From Verrucomicrobiota bacterium (GTDB taxonomy: Bacteria; Verrucomicrobiota; Verrucomicrobiia; Opitutales; Cerasicoccaceae), in NCBI GenBank assembly GCA_039818205.1, contig JBCBUK010000009.1:1-64000 (forward strand): a stretch of 64,000 bases of DNA, in the 5' to 3' direction. A program made the position numbers and the translations under genes. Below, piece after piece: positions 60,690-64,000 of the stretch (position 1 is its first letter; the number at the start of each line of letters is the position of its first letter). Under the pieces are notes generated by a model. It saw only the letters and a list, made by a program, of their open reading frames with translations. It did not search any database and was not told the origin of the DNA.

Positions 60690-61655
60690 GTGACTCATTT
60701 ATTGAAGCCGACGCTTGCCGCCCTGATCTGCTCTAAGCTCCTGCTAGTAAGCGTCTTTGCTCACCCCAGTCACGAGGCGCATTCAACTCGTTTCAACGTC
60801 AAATCGACCGGCTCATCCGGGAATAATTTTCAGAACCAAGTCTCTATCGAAGCTGATCACGGTTTCCGGACCTTGCGGAGTAATGCGATCCCATCGCATT
60901 CGTTTGGGAACTTTCCGAATCGTGGAAACCCGAATTCGATGAGCCCGCAGAACTTTGAATTGAGGATGTCATTGAATCCTCAGATCGCCAACCAACCGAC
61001 GGCTGCGGACGCCTATTTATTTGGAATTGCGGTGAATGGGGTGCCGTTTGAGCCCGGTACAGCCGAAACTTGGGAGGGAAACCATGATTGGCGAGAAGAG
61101 GCTAAGACGGCGGACGGAAAGAAGCGTCTAGGCCTCGACGAGAACAATGCCCATGTCCAGCCAACGGGTTTGTATCACTACCACGGCATACCTTGGGGGC
61201 TGATTGCGGAGCTACGTAAGGACAACCCTCGGGCGGGGATTGACGAGCCACTCCTTGTTGGCTGGGCGGCCGATGGTTTCGCTATTTACTACCTGGAGGG
61301 TCTTCGATCGAGTTGGCGCCTGAAAACGGGTAAGCGTCCGGGTAGCCCACGGGGGCCCGGCGGTAGTTACGATGGGCTCTACACCGCAGACTATGAGTAC
61401 CTCGCCAAATCTGGTGATCTCGACTATTACAACGGCCGATTCGACGCCACGGCAGAGAATCCCGAAGGAGAATATCGGTATTACCTGACGGATGACTTTC
61501 CCTTCCTTTCTCGATACTTCGTTGGGTTCCCCGACGAGAGCTTCAGCAAACATCGGGGAGGCTCAGGCGGGCATCCTGGGCATATGCCTCCTCCTCCACA
61601 TGGGTCTAGTGGCCATTCGTTCTCGCGCCACGGACCGCCACCTCATCGATTTTAG
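60690..61655 (+). CDS. Secreted YHYH-domain protein with His/Pro/Gly-rich tail
   Basis: GIAVNGVPF, GLDENNAHVQPTGLYHYHG, GWAADGF. Confidence 0.9.
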   Translation: MTHLLKPTLAALICSKLLLVSVFAHPSHEAHSTRFNVKSTGSSGNNFQNQVSIEADHGFRTLRSNAIPSHSFGNFPNRGNPNSMSPQNFELRMSLNPQIANQPTAADAYLFGIAVNGVPFEPGTAETWEGNHDWREEAKTADGKKRLGLDENNAHVQPTGLYHYHGIPWGLIAELRKDNPRAGIDEPLLVGWAADGFAIYYLEGLRSSWRLKTGKRPGSPRGPGGSYDGLYTADYEYLAKSGDLDYYNGRFDATAENPEGEYRYYLTDDFPFLSRYFVGFPDESFSKHRGGSGGHPGHMPPPPHGSSGHSFSRHGPPPHRF

Positions 61656-61712
61656 CCAAAAGCGTTAAATTTGACTGGCCACTGGCCAATCGGTTGCTGA
61701 ATTTATCCGGCT

Positions 61713-62165
61713 ATGGCTAAAGTTGAAGTTGATTTGGTAAAGATGGTGATGACCCGCAATGGTCTGGATGTGCGCACCGTTGCGCAAGTGATCGAGGACA
61801 TCAACACCGAGATGAAGGCTCAAACCGACGACGAAGATAAGCCGCCACCCGTCAAGAAGCAGTTTGTCATGATGGTTTCTGACCCAGAGGAAGTCCTCCA
61901 AGGCAAGATTATGACTGGCTGGGTGCTCCAGATCCCCGAGGAGGACAGCCCGCACGTGGCTGAGGAGCGCGTGTTTCGACTGGGCTACGAATACAACATG
62001 ACCAAGAAGGGGCGGCGTATCCCGGTCAAAACAGTGGCCGAAGCCTGTGAAAACGTTCCGGCTCGCATTCAGAAAGAGCAGAAGGTGTGGGTAAAAACCA
62101 AGGAGCCAGTCTACATTTTACCGACCAAGAATAAGATTCCAGGTGAAACCAAGGATTCGTTTTAG
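61713..62165 (+). CDS. Conserved hypothetical protein
   Basis: 150-aa ORF with host-like codon usage; no motif recognised. Confidence 0.7.
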   Translation: MAKVEVDLVKMVMTRNGLDVRTVAQVIEDINTEMKAQTDDEDKPPPVKKQFVMMVSDPEEVLQGKIMTGWVLQIPEEDSPHVAEERVFRLGYEYNMTKKGRRIPVKTVAEACENVPARIQKEQKVWVKTKEPVYILPTKNKIPGETKDSF

Positions 62166-62252
62166 GCTGGTTTGAAAGGATTTCGCGGGCTGCTTGACCC
62201 CGTTTGGAGAACATGGAAGAATGGTGGTTCATTTAAAACCAATCCTTCTACC

Positions 62253-62498
62253 ATGAATTCCAAAGCAGTTTTTCTTCTTAGTGCTCTTCTATTGATCGTT
62301 GGCCTCGCTGTGGGCTCTAGCTTAGCAAATGCCAACCAGATCGGAGTGCAGCGAGTTAAATGGGATTACACGATCACAAGCACGCCCTTCAGCCTACAGG
62401 CCCTTGGCGATGATGGCTGGGAATTGGTCGCCGTCTCCCGAGAGCCCAATCGTCAGGGTAGCGTTGAAACGCGGTACTACTTCAAGCGGCCTAAATAA
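62253..62498 (+). CDS. Small exported DUF4177-like protein
   Basis: Signal peptide; WDY..LGDDGWELVAV..YYFKRP. Confidence 0.75.
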   Translation: MNSKAVFLLSALLLIVGLAVGSSLANANQIGVQRVKWDYTITSTPFSLQALGDDGWELVAVSREPNRQGSVETRYYFKRPK

Positions 62499-62506
62499 CC
62501 GCTAGC

Positions 62507-62872
62507 CTAGCCGCGAATCGTCACATCCCGGATTGCACCGCAATCGGGTAGGGCGCGAACGCGCTTGAGGATTTGCCGCTCCGCGAACAGCAGCTCCTGC
62601 TTGATAACGGAGTTTGCAGCGAGAATTACTAGTTGCTTGCCGTTCACGATCTTCATGGGACGTGCACGGTGAGCAGTCTCTTCGCCGACGATGTCTTTCC
62701 AGTTCTTGACGATGATCTCCTCGGCGGTGGGTTTACCGATTTTGTAGCGCTCCAGGATCACCTCGACTACGGAGTCGATTGGCTTCGCTTCGCGAGCGCG
62801 CGAGCGCCCTCTGTCCTCGGGCACTCCCCGAAGATTTGCGATCAGATTGTTGACTTCCCGGCTGAAGTGCAT
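62507..62872 (-). CDS. DUF721/DciA-family protein
   Basis: [12 protein letters not shown]......L.I.A.NS...QEL......IL.R. Confidence 0.8.
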   Translation of the reverse strand: MHFSREVNNLIANLRGVPEDRGRSRAREAKPIDSVVEVILERYKIGKPTAEEIIVKNWKDIVGEETAHRARPMKIVNGKQLVILAANSVIKQELLFAERQILKRVRALPDCGAIRDVTIRG

Positions 62873-62887
62873 CGTCGTGTGTCGCTC

Positions 62888-63733
62888 ATGCAAAGCGTAA
62901 TGGACATCCTGCGCAAGACGACCGGCTATTTCGAGCAGAAAGGTGTTCCCGAAGCTCGATTAAACGCCGAGCGTTTGATTGCGCACGTTTTGGGCTGCTC
63001 AAGATTGGAGCTCTATCTCCAGTTCGAGCGTCCGTTGACGAATCTCCAACTCGATCAATTGCGGCCCTTGGTGTCCCGTCGTGGGCGGCGGGAGCCGCTG
63101 CAATATATTTTAGGCGATACCGAGTTCTACGGCATGACACTCAAATGCGACCGGCGGGCGTTGATTCCGCGACCAGAAACGGAAGAACTCGTCGAGGCAT
63201 TAGCGGAAAATTTTAAGTCGAGTCCACCCGGGAACGCCTTGGATTTGGGCACCGGAACCGGCGCATTGGCGCTGGCCTTGGCAAGGGTTTGGCCCGAGGC
63301 AGCAGTTACCGCGGCCGATTTGAGCAAAGACGCCTTGGCCTTGGCTGCTGAGAATGCGGCGCTGAACGAGCTGACCGAGCGAGTAAACCTCGTTACCTCC
63401 GATTGGTTTGAGGCAATCGACCCGCAGCGTTTTGATTTAATTGTGTCGAACCCGCCCTATTTGACTCGGGAAGAGATGGGGACGGCAGAGCCTGAGGTGG
63501 TTCAGTTTGAGCCGGAGAGCGCCCTGGTGTCGGGTAACGATGGCCTGGATGATCTCCGCAAGATCATTGCGGATTCAATCAACTACCTCAACGAGGGAGC
63601 CTTGCTGGCGATGGAAACCGGGATTGCTCAGCACGAAGTCTTGGCTGATCTAGTAACGTCCGCAGGATTTAAGCGCGGGGAGTCGCGCAATGACTTGAGT
63701 GAGCGTCCACGCTTCTTCTGGGCTTGGGCCTAG
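62888..63733 (+). CDS. prmC: Peptide chain release factor N5-glutamine methyltransferase
   Basis: [34 protein letters not shown]; start assigned to ATG 62888. Confidence 0.95.
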   Translation: MQSVMDILRKTTGYFEQKGVPEARLNAERLIAHVLGCSRLELYLQFERPLTNLQLDQLRPLVSRRGRREPLQYILGDTEFYGMTLKCDRRALIPRPETEELVEALAENFKSSPPGNALDLGTGTGALALALARVWPEAAVTAADLSKDALALAAENAALNELTERVNLVTSDWFEAIDPQRFDLIVSNPPYLTREEMGTAEPEVVQFEPESALVSGNDGLDDLRKIIADSINYLNEGALLAMETGIAQHEVLADLVTSAGFKRGESRNDLSERPRFFWAWA

Positions 63734-64000
63734 TCCTCAGTGCCAAAGAAGTTCTTCTCCAGGCATTGCCGCAGGGCAAGGCGGGCGCGGTGGAGGATGG
63801 TCCAAAGGTTCTGTGGTGTAATCTCGAGTTGCTCGCAGATTTCGGCGCTGGTTACGCCATCGACCTCGCGCATGATAAAGACGGTGCGAATCTTTTCCGG
63901 TAGCTTTTCGGAGCAGAGATAAAATTGCTGCATGAATTCTTTGCGGTCCATCTTTTCGACCTGAGCCGGGCTCCAGTCCGAAGGTATATTCGGGTTATCG
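63730..64000 (-). CDS. ECF sigma-70 factor, C-terminal (region 4) part; gene begins beyond the window
   Basis: [45 protein letters not shown]. Confidence 0.88.
   Translation of the reverse strand, partial: DNPNIPSDWSPAQVEKMDRKEFMQQFYLCSEKLPEKIRTVFIMREVDGVTSAEICEQLEITPQNLWTILHRARLALRQCLEKNFFGTED

Overview
Bacterial chromosomal window, most likely from a Verrucomicrobiota (Opitutae-like) genome. This is inferred from the PEP-CTERM genes, large secreted multidomain proteins and overall gene style. Bases 1-29.6 kb are accessory. They start with a 5'-truncated large secreted protein and a 3411-aa signal-peptide-bearing RHS/YD polymorphic toxin (pre-toxin HINT plus HNH-type tip) with its immunity gene. 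Next come an IS66 remnant cut off by a Y1/HUH transposase framed by GGGGTCAGG inverted repeats, and an orphan immunity-like gene enclosed by a third repeat copy. The block ends with a PEP-CTERM gene, tRNA-Ala(GGC) with a possible integrase scar on its 5' side, and three further surface/secreted protein genes. Bases 29.7-40.7 kb are housekeeping (rsfS, nadD, rlmN, sufE, hpt, mrdA and others). Bases 41.2-53.4 kb form a nitrate-assimilation operon behind a sigma54-type promoter: NrtABCD, a DmsB-DmsC-like fusion, a Mo nitrate reductase, NirA and a CysJ-like diflavin reductase. The rest holds LPS glycosyltransferases, nadB, prmC, dciA and a partial ECF sigma factor. No CRISPR array or rRNA was seen. 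All family calls come from motifs recognised by eye; no database search was run.
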